Below, in pieces: positions 39,377 through 49,085 of a DNA stretch of 64,000 bases; position 1 is the first letter of the stretch, and every line of letters begins with the position of its first letter. The translations under genes and the position numbers were made by a program. The DNA lies in the NCBI GenBank assembly GCA_009787405.1, contig WRGA01000121.1:2709-66708 (forward strand), in the 5' to 3' direction. Under the pieces are notes generated by a model. That model worked only from the letters and a program-made list of their open reading frames with translations, was not told the DNA's origin and did not search any database. Origin of the DNA: Candidatus Azobacteroides sp. (GTDB lineage: Bacteria > Bacteroidota > Bacteroidia > Bacteroidales > WRGA01).

Positions 39377-39383
39377 TATATTA

Positions 39384-39428
39384 TTTTAACTTTTAATTCT
39401 TAACTCTTCATTCTTCATTCTTAATTCA
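39384..39428 (-). repeat. Heptamer-periodic tract overlapping the esterase stop codon
   Basis: The coding strand reads ATG-AAT-TAA-GAATGAA-GAATGAA-GAGTTAA-GAATTAA-AAGTTAA-AAT. Confidence 0.8.
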
Positions 39429-40701
39429 TCAAATACATCAACCCGACCGGAAACGTTTTCCTCGTATTCGCCCAATTATGCCACCCATCAAATTCAACAA
39501 ATTCAAATTCATATCCTTTTCTATTCAAAACTTTTACAAATGTCCGATTAGAGCCTAAAACCATATTTTCCTGCAATCCCCAATCGAGAAACAACTTCAG
39601 ATTTCTTTTCACTGCGGTATCGAATTGACGAATCAGCCAATCGTTTCTGACTTCATTCCCGTTCGTATCTTTCAAAATCAAATCACGCCAAAAAGAACCC
39701 GATTGAGACAAAACTTTCCCGAACATACCGGGATGATGAAAGGCGATAAAAGCCGCATTCAGTCCGCCGTAACTCATTCCTCCGATGATATTGTCGGCCG
39801 GATTCGAAGACATCGTATATCTTTCTCTCACAACAGGGACAAATTCCGAAACAAACGCATTCATAAAATCAAAATTCAACGCGTATTCAGTATATCTTGA
39901 TTCCGAAGTCGGATTGTCGAACATCACCGCAATCACCGGACGAATCATCCCATCCGCAATCAAATTATCCAAAACAACCGGCACTTCCACCCGATTCATA
40001 TAAACAAATGCATCAAATAACCACACCGCCGGATATGTTTCCGTCCCGTCATACCCGGGCGGCAAGTAAACATACACATTACGAATATTGTTCAATAACC
40101 GGCTGTTAATATTGAATAAATCAATACGGCTATCCACACCGGCATGCGTTTGTTCGTTCCGGTCGGGATGATTCCGGCTCAAATCCAACACCGAATAACT
40201 GAAATCTTTCCTCTCCCCCTTCGGAATACGGTTATCGTTATACCGGTCCAAATCTTTGACCGTTTTTCCCGTTTTTTTGTCGGTCACGTCAAACCGATAC
40301 GACATACACACATCATCCGGCAACAAATAACACCGATAATATACCCCGGTATTTTTCAGCCGGTACATTTTCAGGTCTCCGAAACGATTCTCGTCGTAAA
40401 TTCCGGGAATAAACAACTTTACGTCGACAGCTGTCTCGGAAGAGTTGTAAATAAACGTAACATACACATAATCATCGTATAACGAATCCTTTTCGACTAA
40501 CGGAAGCCCGTTTTTCGAAGCATTCGTCCAAAAAACATCCAATTCATTGTTCAAAGAAACATCATCCATATTTTCCCATTCGGCAATCGTAGGACTGACC
40601 GTCATGTAGGGCGCCTTTATCTCCGAAAAACAAACGGTGTTTTGAGAAAATATTTGCCGGACAATAAATAAAAAGACAAAAAGACAAAAAGATAGTCTCA
40701 T
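39421..40701 (-). CDS. Secreted alpha/beta-hydrolase of the enterochelin-esterase-like family
   Basis: The track ORF begins at 40821. The ATG at 40701 (MRLSFCLFVFLFIVRQIFSQ) gives a signal peptide and leaves the TATCTTTG -7 box at 40779-40786 upstream. It has an N-terminal Ig-like domain, then the nucleophile elbow GGMSYGGLNA and SQSGSFW. Confidence 0.7.
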   Translation of the reverse strand: MRLSFCLFVFLFIVRQIFSQNTVCFSEIKAPYMTVSPTIAEWENMDDVSLNNELDVFWTNASKNGLPLVEKDSLYDDYVYVTFIYNSSETAVDVKLFIPGIYDENRFGDLKMYRLKNTGVYYRCYLLPDDVCMSYRFDVTDKKTGKTVKDLDRYNDNRIPKGERKDFSYSVLDLSRNHPDRNEQTHAGVDSRIDLFNINSRLLNNIRNVYVYLPPGYDGTETYPAVWLFDAFVYMNRVEVPVVLDNLIADGMIRPVIAVMFDNPTSESRYTEYALNFDFMNAFVSEFVPVVRERYTMSSNPADNIIGGMSYGGLNAAFIAFHHPGMFGKVLSQSGSFWRDLILKDTNGNEVRNDWLIRQFDTAVKRNLKLFLDWGLQENMVLGSNRTFVKVLNRKGYEFEFVEFDGWHNWANTRKTFPVGLMYLMN

Positions 40702-40778
40702 ACAAAAATATTTTTTTGTTAAAGGTCGCATAAGGTACATTTGACCCCGTAATTTAAACAACCTCCAAAAAATAAAAG

Positions 40779-40786
40779 CAAAGATA
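40779..40786 (-). promoter_or_regulatory. -7 box TATCTTTG upstream of the esterase gene
   Basis: TAnnTTTG match 78 nt upstream of the preferred ATG at 40701. It would be inside the CDS if the 40821 start were used. Confidence 0.5.
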
Positions 40787-40807
40787 AAACTCAAAAACAA
40801 AAAATCG

Positions 40808-40815
40808 TACCTTTG
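40808..40815 (+). promoter_or_regulatory. -7 box TACCTTTG upstream of the fumarase gene
   Basis: TAnnTTTG match 52 nt upstream of the ATG at 40867. Confidence 0.55.
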
Positions 40816-40866
40816 CACCAAAAATAAAATTGCACAATTCTAAAACTGACACAAAAAATTCACACT

Positions 40867-42501
40867 ATGCCTACACCTCCCTATAAATATCAAGACCCGT
40901 TTCCGACGGGAAAAGACACGACAGAGTATTATCTGCTGACAAAGGATTATGTGTCTGTATCCCGATTCGAAGGAAAAGAAGTTCTGAAAGTGGAAGCCGA
41001 AGGTCTCACCAAAATGACGAATGTCGCCATGCGGGATGTCTCGTTTTTGCTCCGGCCGGAACATCAGGCCCAAGTTGCCGAAATATTGAAAGACCCCGAA
41101 GCCGGCGAGAATGATAAATATGTGGCATTAACCATGTTGCGCAATGCCGAAATTTCGGCCAAAGGCGTTCTTCCATTCTGTCAGGATACGGGAACGGCCA
41201 TCATCATGGGGAAAAAAGGACAACAAGTATGGACCGACGGTCATGACGAAGAAGCATTGTCTTTGGGCGTATATAAAACATACACCGAAGAAAACCTCCG
41301 TTATTCGCAAAATGCACCGTTGGATATGTACAACGAAATCAATACCGGATGCAATTTACCGGCACAAATCGATTTGTACGCCACACAAGGCAACGAATAT
41401 AAATTTCTGATGATCGCCAAAGGCGGCGGTTCAGCCAACAAAACCTTTTTGTATCAGGAAACCAAGGCTTTGCTGAATCCCGAAACATTGGAAAAATTTC
41501 TGGTCGAAAAAATGCAGTCGTTGGGAACGGCAGCTTGTCCGCCTTATCACATCGCGTTTGTCATCGGCGGCACATCGGCCGAAGTTAACCTGAAAACGGT
41601 AAAATTGGCATCCGCCAAATATTACGATCATCTGCCGACACAAGGAAATGAGTGGGGACAAGCTTTCCGCGACATCGAACTGGAAAAAAAGATTTTGAAA
41701 AAAGCGCAAGAATCGGGCATCGGAGCTCAATTCGGCGGAAAATATTTTGCACACGACATCCGCATCATCCGCCTGCCGCGTCACGGCGCCTCTTGCCCCG
41801 TAGGATTGGGCGTTTCCTGCTCGGCCGACCGGAATATCAAAACCAAAATCAACAAAGACGGAATCTGGATTGAAAAACTGGAAGACAATCCCGGACGTTT
41901 CATCCCCGAAGCATTGCGCAACGCAGGAGAAGGAAATGCCGTGAAAATTGATTTGAACCGTCCGATGAAAGAAATTTTGGCGGAACTGACCAAATATCCT
42001 GTGGCAACACGTTTATCGTTGACCGGTACCATCGTTGTGGGACGAGACATCGCTCACGCCAAATTGAAAGAACGGCTGGACGAAGGCAAGGGACTGCCGC
42101 AATATGTTAAAGATCATCCGATCTATTACGCCGGCCCGGCCAAAACTCCTAAAGGAATGCCTTCGGGCTCATTCGGTCCGACAACAGCCGGACGTATGGA
42201 CAGTTACGTCGATTTGTTTCAGGAAAACGGCGGCAGTCTGATCATGATCGCCAAAGGAAACCGCAGCCGGCAAGTAACCGATGCCTGCAAAAATCACGGC
42301 GGATTTTACTTGGGAAGCATCGGAGGCCCGGCAGCCATTCTGGCGGAACAGAACATTAAAAACGTGGAATGTCTTGAATATCCCGAGCTCGGCATGGAAG
42401 CCATTTGGAAAATTGAAGTGGTGGATTTCCCCGCATTTATTCTGGTGGATGATAAAGGGAATGATTTTTTCACTTTGTTAAAAAACAATAAAAACGGATA
42501 A
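40867..42501 (+). CDS. fumB: Class I (Fe-S) fumarate hydratase
   Basis: 544 aa, a fused alpha/beta type, with the [12 protein letters not shown] cluster-ligand block and a C-terminal GRMDSYVD...AKGNRS region. Confidence 0.88.
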   Translation: MPTPPYKYQDPFPTGKDTTEYYLLTKDYVSVSRFEGKEVLKVEAEGLTKMTNVAMRDVSFLLRPEHQAQVAEILKDPEAGENDKYVALTMLRNAEISAKGVLPFCQDTGTAIIMGKKGQQVWTDGHDEEALSLGVYKTYTEENLRYSQNAPLDMYNEINTGCNLPAQIDLYATQGNEYKFLMIAKGGGSANKTFLYQETKALLNPETLEKFLVEKMQSLGTAACPPYHIAFVIGGTSAEVNLKTVKLASAKYYDHLPTQGNEWGQAFRDIELEKKILKKAQESGIGAQFGGKYFAHDIRIIRLPRHGASCPVGLGVSCSADRNIKTKINKDGIWIEKLEDNPGRFIPEALRNAGEGNAVKIDLNRPMKEILAELTKYPVATRLSLTGTIVVGRDIAHAKLKERLDEGKGLPQYVKDHPIYYAGPAKTPKGMPSGSFGPTTAGRMDSYVDLFQENGGSLIMIAKGNRSRQVTDACKNHGGFYLGSIGGPAAILAEQNIKNVECLEYPELGMEAIWKIEVVDFPAFILVDDKGNDFFTLLKNNKNG

Positions 42502-42560
42502 ATCACTCCATTTAAATTAAAAACATAAAATTACGGGATGATTCTTAAAAAGTAATAACT

Positions 42561-42568
42561 TATATTTG
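42561..42568 (+). promoter_or_regulatory. -7 box TATATTTG upstream of the OmpH-like gene
   Basis: TAnnTTTG match 32 nt upstream of the ATG at 42600. Confidence 0.55.
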
Positions 42569-42599
42569 CACGCTTAAAAAACATTCTGATGCGACAACG

Positions 42600-43328
42600 A
42601 TGAAAGAAGAAGAAATCACAAGTACAAAAAGCGGGGATGACGAAGCGCAAAAAGCAGGCGTTGACGTTTATCAATCCGAAACAAAATCCATTTCACCCAA
42701 TAAAAAACAGTTTCCTCTATTTATGAAAAATATCAATTATTTGATTAGTGCCGTTTTAGCGGTATGCGTAATCATCCTGTTTATTCTTCATTTTTCATCG
42801 AAAAAAGAATCAGCTCCGACATTTGCAATAAAAGGCTCTTCGGATTCAATCGGTACGGTTTTGCCGGTCGCATACGTAAGACTCGATTCTTTGTTGGTAA
42901 ATTATAATTTCTCGAAAGATGTAAGTGAAGCTCTATTGAAAAAACACGAAGATTCACGATTGGCGTATACCCAACGCGCCCGTCAATTGCAATCGGATAT
43001 GAATAAATTTCAAGAGAAAATCCAAAACAATGCCTTTCTTTCCCGGGAAAGAGCCGAAGCCGAACAACAAGCTCTAATCAGAAAACAGCAAGATTTGCAA
43101 AAAATGGAACAAGATCTTTCCAATGATTTTGCCAAAGAACAGCAAAAGCTGAATGATCAATTGAAAGATTCCATCACTCTTTTCTTGAAAGAGTACAACA
43201 AAATCAAAAAATACCAATTGATACTCACGGGAGAAGCAGTACTACAAGGTGAAGATGCATACGACATCACCAAAGAAGTGGTTGACGGACTGAATGCCCG
43301 TTATCCGGAGAAAGAGAAAAAGAAATAA
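42600..43328 (+). CDS. OmpH/Skp-family periplasmic chaperone-like protein
   Basis: 242 aa with one N-terminal TM/signal anchor, then a coiled-coil Gln/Glu/Lys-rich region (RARQLQSDMNKFQEKIQ...QQDLQKMEQDL) typical of OmpH. Confidence 0.7.
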   Translation: MKEEEITSTKSGDDEAQKAGVDVYQSETKSISPNKKQFPLFMKNINYLISAVLAVCVIILFILHFSSKKESAPTFAIKGSSDSIGTVLPVAYVRLDSLLVNYNFSKDVSEALLKKHEDSRLAYTQRARQLQSDMNKFQEKIQNNAFLSRERAEAEQQALIRKQQDLQKMEQDLSNDFAKEQQKLNDQLKDSITLFLKEYNKIKKYQLILTGEAVLQGEDAYDITKEVVDGLNARYPEKEKKK

Positions 43329-43350
43329 AAACAACGGTAATATTTCCTAC

Positions 43351-43391
43351 AAAAATCCCCGAACAAGTTATCAAAATGTTCGGGGATTTTT
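43351..43391. terminator. Bidirectional rho-independent terminator (OmpH gene / ABC-2 operon)
   Basis: AAAA-ATCCCCGAACA-(11 nt)-TGTTCGGGGAT-TTTT lies between convergent genes. Confidence 0.8.
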
Positions 43392-43424
43392 GTGGAAAAA
43401 CATATAATCATCCAATGGATTTAT

Positions 43425-44633
43425 TCATTTAGCTCTACTTTTCTTGATCAACCGGTCGTACACCAGGCAGGCTGTCAAAAAATAAACACCTGTTTCAAGC
43501 CATAAGATAAAATACTCTTTGGCCACTTCATTCAACCCGGCATTCATGGTGTTGATGCGAATATATCCCTGAATCCCGTGCGTAGACGGGAAAAGATAGC
43601 TGACCGCTTTCCAAAACGCAGGTATTCCGGATTGAGGCCATGAAGCTCCGGCCAAAAACAACAACGGCAAAGTGGAAAATAAAAGCAACAAAAAAGCGCT
43701 TTCCATGTTCCGCATGAAAATAGAAATGGTCATCGCCAAGAATGTGGTCGACAACAAAAAGGGAATCATAAACAAAAATAACGTCCATCCATTTCCGATA
43801 TGAGGCAGATTATAAATGCGCGGAATCAGTCCCGTCAGGTAAAATGCCAACACCATATACAACGAAAAATAACAGAATCCTTTTCCGAAAACAATGTCCA
43901 ATGTTCCGAAACGCCGGTTTTGATGAATTATCAAGTTTTTATATCTGTTTTCTTCCCAATATACCCCTGCCAACATATTTATGCCCAATATTAATGTCTG
44001 ATAAAAAATCAGGATAAACACTGCGGGAAGCAAAAAACTCCCAAATCCGCCGCCACCGTTAAAAATCGACATACCTTCACACGGCAAGGGATTTACCGAC
44101 ACGGCAGCCTGTTGCGTCGTCAATCCTGTACTAAGCAGATTCTGATATTGAATTTGAGCTCCGACCTCTCTTGATACAATACTTACGGCTGTCAGAGTCG
44201 CTTTATAATACAAAAAACTGCTCATATCCAAATAAACCGACACAAAAGATTGAGTTCCCCGATAAATATTTTTATCGAAATCACTTGAAATAAAAATGAT
44301 TCCGTGTATTTGATGCCGATAAAAAAGTTCTTCGGCTTCCTTCAGTGACTGAGGTTTAAAAGCGACATACAATTCGGGGGTTGCGTCCAATGCTTGAATA
44401 TATTTGCGACTCATGGACGATTGCGACATATCGATCACGGCCACCGGAATCTCCCTCAATACTTCATTTCCGTAAATAATGCCATACAGCAGCGGATACA
44501 AAAGCGTTGCCGCGAAGAAAATAATCAATACACCCGGCTCCCGCATAATATTCAAATATTCCTGTTTCCAAATATGAAACACAGACATCAGCCGTTGTTT
44601 GAATATATTTGATTGCATATCTGTACTCATCAC
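43425..44633 (-). CDS. ABC-2-type transporter permease (YhhJ/YbhS-like)
   Basis: 402 aa with an N-terminal TM, a large extracytoplasmic domain, then 5 clustered TMs. It is the last gene of the efflux operon. Confidence 0.75.
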   Translation of the reverse strand: MMSTDMQSNIFKQRLMSVFHIWKQEYLNIMREPGVLIIFFAATLLYPLLYGIIYGNEVLREIPVAVIDMSQSSMSRKYIQALDATPELYVAFKPQSLKEAEELFYRHQIHGIIFISSDFDKNIYRGTQSFVSVYLDMSSFLYYKATLTAVSIVSREVGAQIQYQNLLSTGLTTQQAAVSVNPLPCEGMSIFNGGGGFGSFLLPAVFILIFYQTLILGINMLAGVYWEENRYKNLIIHQNRRFGTLDIVFGKGFCYFSLYMVLAFYLTGLIPRIYNLPHIGNGWTLFLFMIPFLLSTTFLAMTISIFMRNMESAFLLLLFSTLPLLFLAGASWPQSGIPAFWKAVSYLFPSTHGIQGYIRINTMNAGLNEVAKEYFILWLETGVYFLTACLVYDRLIKKSRAK

Positions 44634-44649
44634 GAATTACAAATCTTTT

Positions 44650-45813
44650 TTATTTTATCGGATAATCTTGAAAAATCATGGCCTTTTTTAATCGTAAGAT
44701 TACGACGAAGGGCAATAACAGAAACAGCAGCAACGCCAAATACGATATCCAATAGTATGAAATCGGAGAACCGATCAGCGCACTGTCTTGGTATATTTTA
44801 AAAAAATGCTGCATCGGAAACAATTGTGCCAATGACCGGACAGACAATGGCATTTGTTCGACGGGAAATGTAAAACCCGAATAACTGATTCCCAAAATAC
44901 CGAAAACCGAGGCAAAACTCAACGCATTTCTCAAGACAGGCAACGTTCCTATAAGCGTAATTCCGATGGCTTGACCTGCCAACACAAACAATACGGAAGC
45001 CGTAATCATGGTGATGAGACTATTATGCAACGGAAATCCTAACAAACGAAATAAAAACACATTCTGAAAAATAACCAATGCAGTAAAAATCACGGTATAA
45101 GGAAACAGTTTTCCCGACAATGCAACAAATATGGATTTATTGCCGGTTCGCAACCATTCAATCGAAGTTCTTTCTTTCAGTTCAAGTCCGATTGCAAAAA
45201 CGGTAATCAGCACAATCATCAATTGTAAAATACCGGGCATCAATACGTTCGACAAATAAACAGAATAATTGACATACGGATTTCCGATCATGTGAGCATC
45301 CACGACAATCGGTTGCAACTGCCCCATCAATTCTTCGGTGGTTTTGCCTTTGGCCAATCCGGTCGATAACCCGACGGAAGCGGAAAACAGGGAAGTAATC
45401 AAACTCAAATCTTTGAATAACAGCCCTCCCGGAATAAAATACGCATTATTATAATAAAACGCAAGTTTCGGCTGCCGACCCATTAACAAGTCCGACTGCA
45501 TATTCGGCGGAATAACCAAAAAAGCATAAATATTCCCTTTTTTCATTTCATGTTCCGCTTCGCTGAAATCGGCACAATGCATCACAATATGTGTCATCTG
45601 CATAGCATCGGTTTGACGAATAAAATCACGTGACAGCGATGACCGATCGCCATCCACCACACCCACCGGAAGTTCGGTCGGCAGCCCTTCAGCAAATACC
45701 GTCGCAAAAAGCAGGTAGGAAGATATCGGAATGACCAATGCAGCCACCACATAAATCCGACGGGAAACAATCCGATTCAATTCCCGCCAAACGACTCTTG
45801 CAAAACAATTCAT
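44650..45813 (-). CDS. ABC-2-type transporter permease (YhhJ/YbhR-like)
   Basis: 387 aa with the same architecture as its neighbour, 17 nt upstream of it. Confidence 0.75.
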   Translation of the reverse strand: MNCFARVVWRELNRIVSRRIYVVAALVIPISSYLLFATVFAEGLPTELPVGVVDGDRSSLSRDFIRQTDAMQMTHIVMHCADFSEAEHEMKKGNIYAFLVIPPNMQSDLLMGRQPKLAFYYNNAYFIPGGLLFKDLSLITSLFSASVGLSTGLAKGKTTEELMGQLQPIVVDAHMIGNPYVNYSVYLSNVLMPGILQLMIVLITVFAIGLELKERTSIEWLRTGNKSIFVALSGKLFPYTVIFTALVIFQNVFLFRLLGFPLHNSLITMITASVLFVLAGQAIGITLIGTLPVLRNALSFASVFGILGISYSGFTFPVEQMPLSVRSLAQLFPMQHFFKIYQDSALIGSPISYYWISYLALLLFLLLPFVVILRLKKAMIFQDYPIK

Positions 45814-45829
45814 ATCCTGTAATTCGTAA

Positions 45830-46822
45830 CTATAATTCAGCTTGTACGCTCATTCCGGGACGTAGTCCTTCGACAGGAGAAACGGGTTTAGCTCTTACGG
45901 AGAAACTTTTCAAATCGAACTCTCCCGATACTTTCGTGGCTTTCCAAGTGGCATAACTGCCCAATGCTTTAATGTGGGTGATTTTCAGTTCGATTTCTTT
46001 ATTCCCTAAAGCAGGAACAAGGGCTTTGAAGATTTGTCCCTGCTTAATTCCCGCAAGTAAATCTTCCCGTACATTGAATATAATCCAAATATCATTCAAA
46101 TCAAGCACATTCATAATCGGAGCGCCGGTTCCGACCAGTTCCCCCCGCTTCGGGAATATATCCGAAATCTCGCCCGAAATCGGCGACAACAGACAGGTTT
46201 CATTCAAATAAGCTTCCACTTCGCTGACCGCACCACGCGCCTGATTCAACAATGCTTTTGCAGCATCCTTATCTTCTTGTCGGGCGCCGGCCAACGCCAA
46301 GCTGTACTGAGACTCGGCCGCTTTCGCCAAAGCCGTCGAAGCTTTATAATTCGCTTCGGCTTCGTCCCTTTTCTGAGCAGGAAGCACTCCTTTTTCATAT
46401 AAATTTTGCACCCGTTCAAATGTCTTTCGCGCAATATCGGCACCCGCTTCGGCCCGTTGCCATTGCTCATAAGCTCCTTCTATCTGCTGGCTTCTCGCAC
46501 CCTTTTCCGCTTTCCGGTTTTGGGCCGAAGCCGCCTCTTCAACAGCCGAAGCTTGCATCAACTTGGCATCGACTTCGGGACTGCTCAACAGCACCAATGT
46601 ATCTCCTTGTTTCACCGATTGCCCTTCCTCGGCATAAAAACGCACAACTCGTCCCGGTACTTTCCCCGAAACCCGCACTTCAGCGGCTTCCACTTCACCC
46701 TGCCATCTTGTCGGCTCGGGCCGAAATATAAAAATTCCGATAAGCGATACCATCAAAATCACGGCAACCACTATAATCAATGCCGTTATCAACGATTTAT
46801 TTTTATTTTTACTGCCGGCCAT
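45830..46822 (-). CDS. HlyD-family membrane-fusion (periplasmic adaptor) protein
   Basis: 330 aa with an N-terminal TM, a lipoyl-like hairpin (VKQGDTLVLL) and an alanine-rich coiled coil. Confidence 0.85.
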   Translation of the reverse strand: MAGSKNKNKSLITALIIVVAVILMVSLIGIFIFRPEPTRWQGEVEAAEVRVSGKVPGRVVRFYAEEGQSVKQGDTLVLLSSPEVDAKLMQASAVEEAASAQNRKAEKGARSQQIEGAYEQWQRAEAGADIARKTFERVQNLYEKGVLPAQKRDEAEANYKASTALAKAAESQYSLALAGARQEDKDAAKALLNQARGAVSEVEAYLNETCLLSPISGEISDIFPKRGELVGTGAPIMNVLDLNDIWIIFNVREDLLAGIKQGQIFKALVPALGNKEIELKITHIKALGSYATWKATKVSGEFDLKSFSVRAKPVSPVEGLRPGMSVQAEL

Positions 46823-46882
46823 AAATCCAAAATTGAAAGGTTACAAACTAAATCACTGAAAACAAGACAAATATTCATCATA

Positions 46883-46922
46883 TTTTAATCCTAACTCTTA
46901 ATTCTTAACTCTTAATTCTTAA
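46883..46922 (-). repeat. Heptamer-periodic tract overlapping the TolC stop codon
   Basis: The coding strand reads ACC-ATT-AAG-AAT-TAA-GAGTTAA-GAATTAA-GAGTTAG-GATTAAAA. Confidence 0.85.
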
Positions 46923-48405
46923 TGGTCAACAGCCCTGTCACTTTTTTTAAGTAAAGGTTGTCGATCCTCAAACCGATCAGAGCATCCTCTTTTTCCGAAT
47001 AAGCGGCATACCAAGCGGCTTGAGCGTCCAAAACGTCTGTCACCGCAACAAGACCTTCATCAAAAGACAATTGGGCATACCGTAAGTTCTCATCCGCCTG
47101 ATCCAAATTATTTTCCGCGGCGATAAGCCGTTTTTTCGTTTCTTCAATTTTGTACGCCGCCTGCCTGAACTGAAGTTCGATTTTTTCCTTGGCATCGTCC
47201 AATTTCACTTCATTGATGTGCCGTTCGCTTTTGGCCGCACGTATTTTCTGTTTTTGCTCTCCCCAGTGAAGAATCGGAATTTTCATGACCACACCGACAT
47301 TCCACGAACCGGAAAATTTTTTTTCAAATCCGTTGAAAAGATCCGGATTGGAATACAAATAGTTTGCCGTCAATCCGATTTCCGGAAGATAATCGGCAAA
47401 CGCGATTTTTTCTTTTGACTCGGACAAGTCGATCAATTTTCGCAGGCTTTTCAGTTCCGAGCGATTTTCCATTGCCCGGTCCAATCCGATATTTTCATCG
47501 GATACAAACCCGGAATCCTTTTGCGATATTTCATCCGACAACAGCACATCAGTATTCACAGGCAATCCGATGTATTGACACAACTGCATTTTCGCCAGAC
47601 TCAATCCGTTTTGCGCTTTGGTGAGATTCATATCAACCTCGTTCAGTTTTACCCGAACCTTTAAAATATCAGCCCGCGTAGCCATGCCTTCATTAGAAAG
47701 TTCCGTCACGTTTTTCGCCAATTGTTCGAGCAGCGTTTTGTAATCAGCGGCGGTTTTCACCTTGTTGCTGACCGAAATAACCATCCAATAAGCGCTTTCG
47801 GTTTGATATAATACCTCCGATTGCTCCAATGACTCCTGTTGCTTGGCAATATCGATGCCGATTTTCGCCATTTTGTTGGTTTCCCGGATTTTTCCCCCGG
47901 TATAAATCGGCTGCATCAACGACAACGCCCCAATAAATGTATTTCGGACATCAATGGACAATTCGTCGCGAGGAATGGTCGTATAATCTTTCCATTGAAT
48001 CTTCTCGGGATTAGTTTTCGGATTAAACGGGTTTCCGTCGGCATCCAATGGTACCGGATTTCCGTCAACCATGGTCCACCCGTTATATATCTGATCCTGC
48101 CGAAACCCGAAGCTCCCGTCGGTCATTTTCGTACCGACAGGCAAAAACTTATCATCCGGCAACAAATAAATCTTATTGCTCATCCGAAGATAAGAAAGCT
48201 CCGCATTTACTTTCGGCAAATAAGCCGTTTTTGCCTGAGCTTTTTTATACTCGGCCATTTTCACCTCTTCACGTTTAATCTGCAAATCATTACTTTGATT
48301 CAACGCCAAATCAAGACATTCTTGAAGCGACAAAATTCTCGTCTGTGAAAAAACAGACATCATACAAAAAAACAGGCAAAAAATAAGACAAAATCTTTTC
48401 ATCAT
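46912..48405 (-). CDS. TolC-family outer-membrane efflux protein
   Basis: 497 aa with a signal peptide and the duplicated OEP repeat architecture (LSLQECLDLALNQSNDLQ...). Confidence 0.85.
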   Translation of the reverse strand: MMKRFCLIFCLFFCMMSVFSQTRILSLQECLDLALNQSNDLQIKREEVKMAEYKKAQAKTAYLPKVNAELSYLRMSNKIYLLPDDKFLPVGTKMTDGSFGFRQDQIYNGWTMVDGNPVPLDADGNPFNPKTNPEKIQWKDYTTIPRDELSIDVRNTFIGALSLMQPIYTGGKIRETNKMAKIGIDIAKQQESLEQSEVLYQTESAYWMVISVSNKVKTAADYKTLLEQLAKNVTELSNEGMATRADILKVRVKLNEVDMNLTKAQNGLSLAKMQLCQYIGLPVNTDVLLSDEISQKDSGFVSDENIGLDRAMENRSELKSLRKLIDLSESKEKIAFADYLPEIGLTANYLYSNPDLFNGFEKKFSGSWNVGVVMKIPILHWGEQKQKIRAAKSERHINEVKLDDAKEKIELQFRQAAYKIEETKKRLIAAENNLDQADENLRYAQLSFDEGLVAVTDVLDAQAAWYAAYSEKEDALIGLRIDNLYLKKVTGLLTIKN

Positions 48406-48488
48406 AAAGTGCTATTGCTTACTTTTATATTTTATTTTGAACAACAATGATTGCCTAAACAACTATACACTGTATAAATAAAACAAAA

Positions 48489-48932
48489 TTACGTCAGATT
48501 TTCAAAAATTTTCTTCAACACATTTCTACAAATCATAATCTCATCCCCGGACATTTTCGACAACGTTCTTTCAACCACATCCTGCACAATTTGAGTCGCT
48601 TGTTTTTCCAAATCCATACCCTTTTGCGTCAGATAAATAAGATTCACTCTCCTATCGGTTGAATCAGGAACTCTGACCGCCAGATTCTGTTTTTCCAGAT
48701 TATCGATCAACCTCGTCATGCTCGGTTTATCCCTGAATGTAATATCCGACAACGTCTGTTGCGTCACTTTATCCTTTTGCCACAAACAAGCCAATACCGT
48801 CCACTGCTCTACCGTGATTCCCAAATTCGCTTCTTTAAAACGATTAAAAAGATACCGGTTAATCAGTTTCGATATTTTTCCGTTCAAAATTCCGAAAAGT
48901 TCGATCTGATTCAGCTTTTGCGACAAATCCAT
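48489..48932 (-). CDS. MarR-family transcriptional regulator
   Basis: 147 aa with the winged-helix block ITVEQWTVLACLWQKDKVTQQTLSDITFRDKPSMTRLIDNLEKQNLAVR...DRR. It is the first gene of the efflux operon. Confidence 0.88.
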   Translation of the reverse strand: MDLSQKLNQIELFGILNGKISKLINRYLFNRFKEANLGITVEQWTVLACLWQKDKVTQQTLSDITFRDKPSMTRLIDNLEKQNLAVRVPDSTDRRVNLIYLTQKGMDLEKQATQIVQDVVERTLSKMSGDEIMICRNVLKKIFENLT

Positions 48933-49003
48933 AGTTGAAATTTATTACGAATAAATACATGGCAGATTTTTTTTAGTATCTATTTATTTTGAATATCCAT
49001 TAT

Positions 49004-49085
49004 TTTGAACGCGAAAATACAAAAACACAAAGTCGCAAAGAATTTAAACTTCGTCTCTTTCCGTCTTTGTAACCCGACGTTAAAA
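49004..49085. repeat. Second copy of the CAAAG/CTTTG palindromic element (upstream of marR)
   Basis: TTTGAACGCGAAAATACAAAAACACAAAGTCGCAAAGAATTTAAACTTCGTCTCTTTCCGTCTTTGTAACCCGACGTTAAAA aligns with the 54887 copy by eye. Confidence 0.65.
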
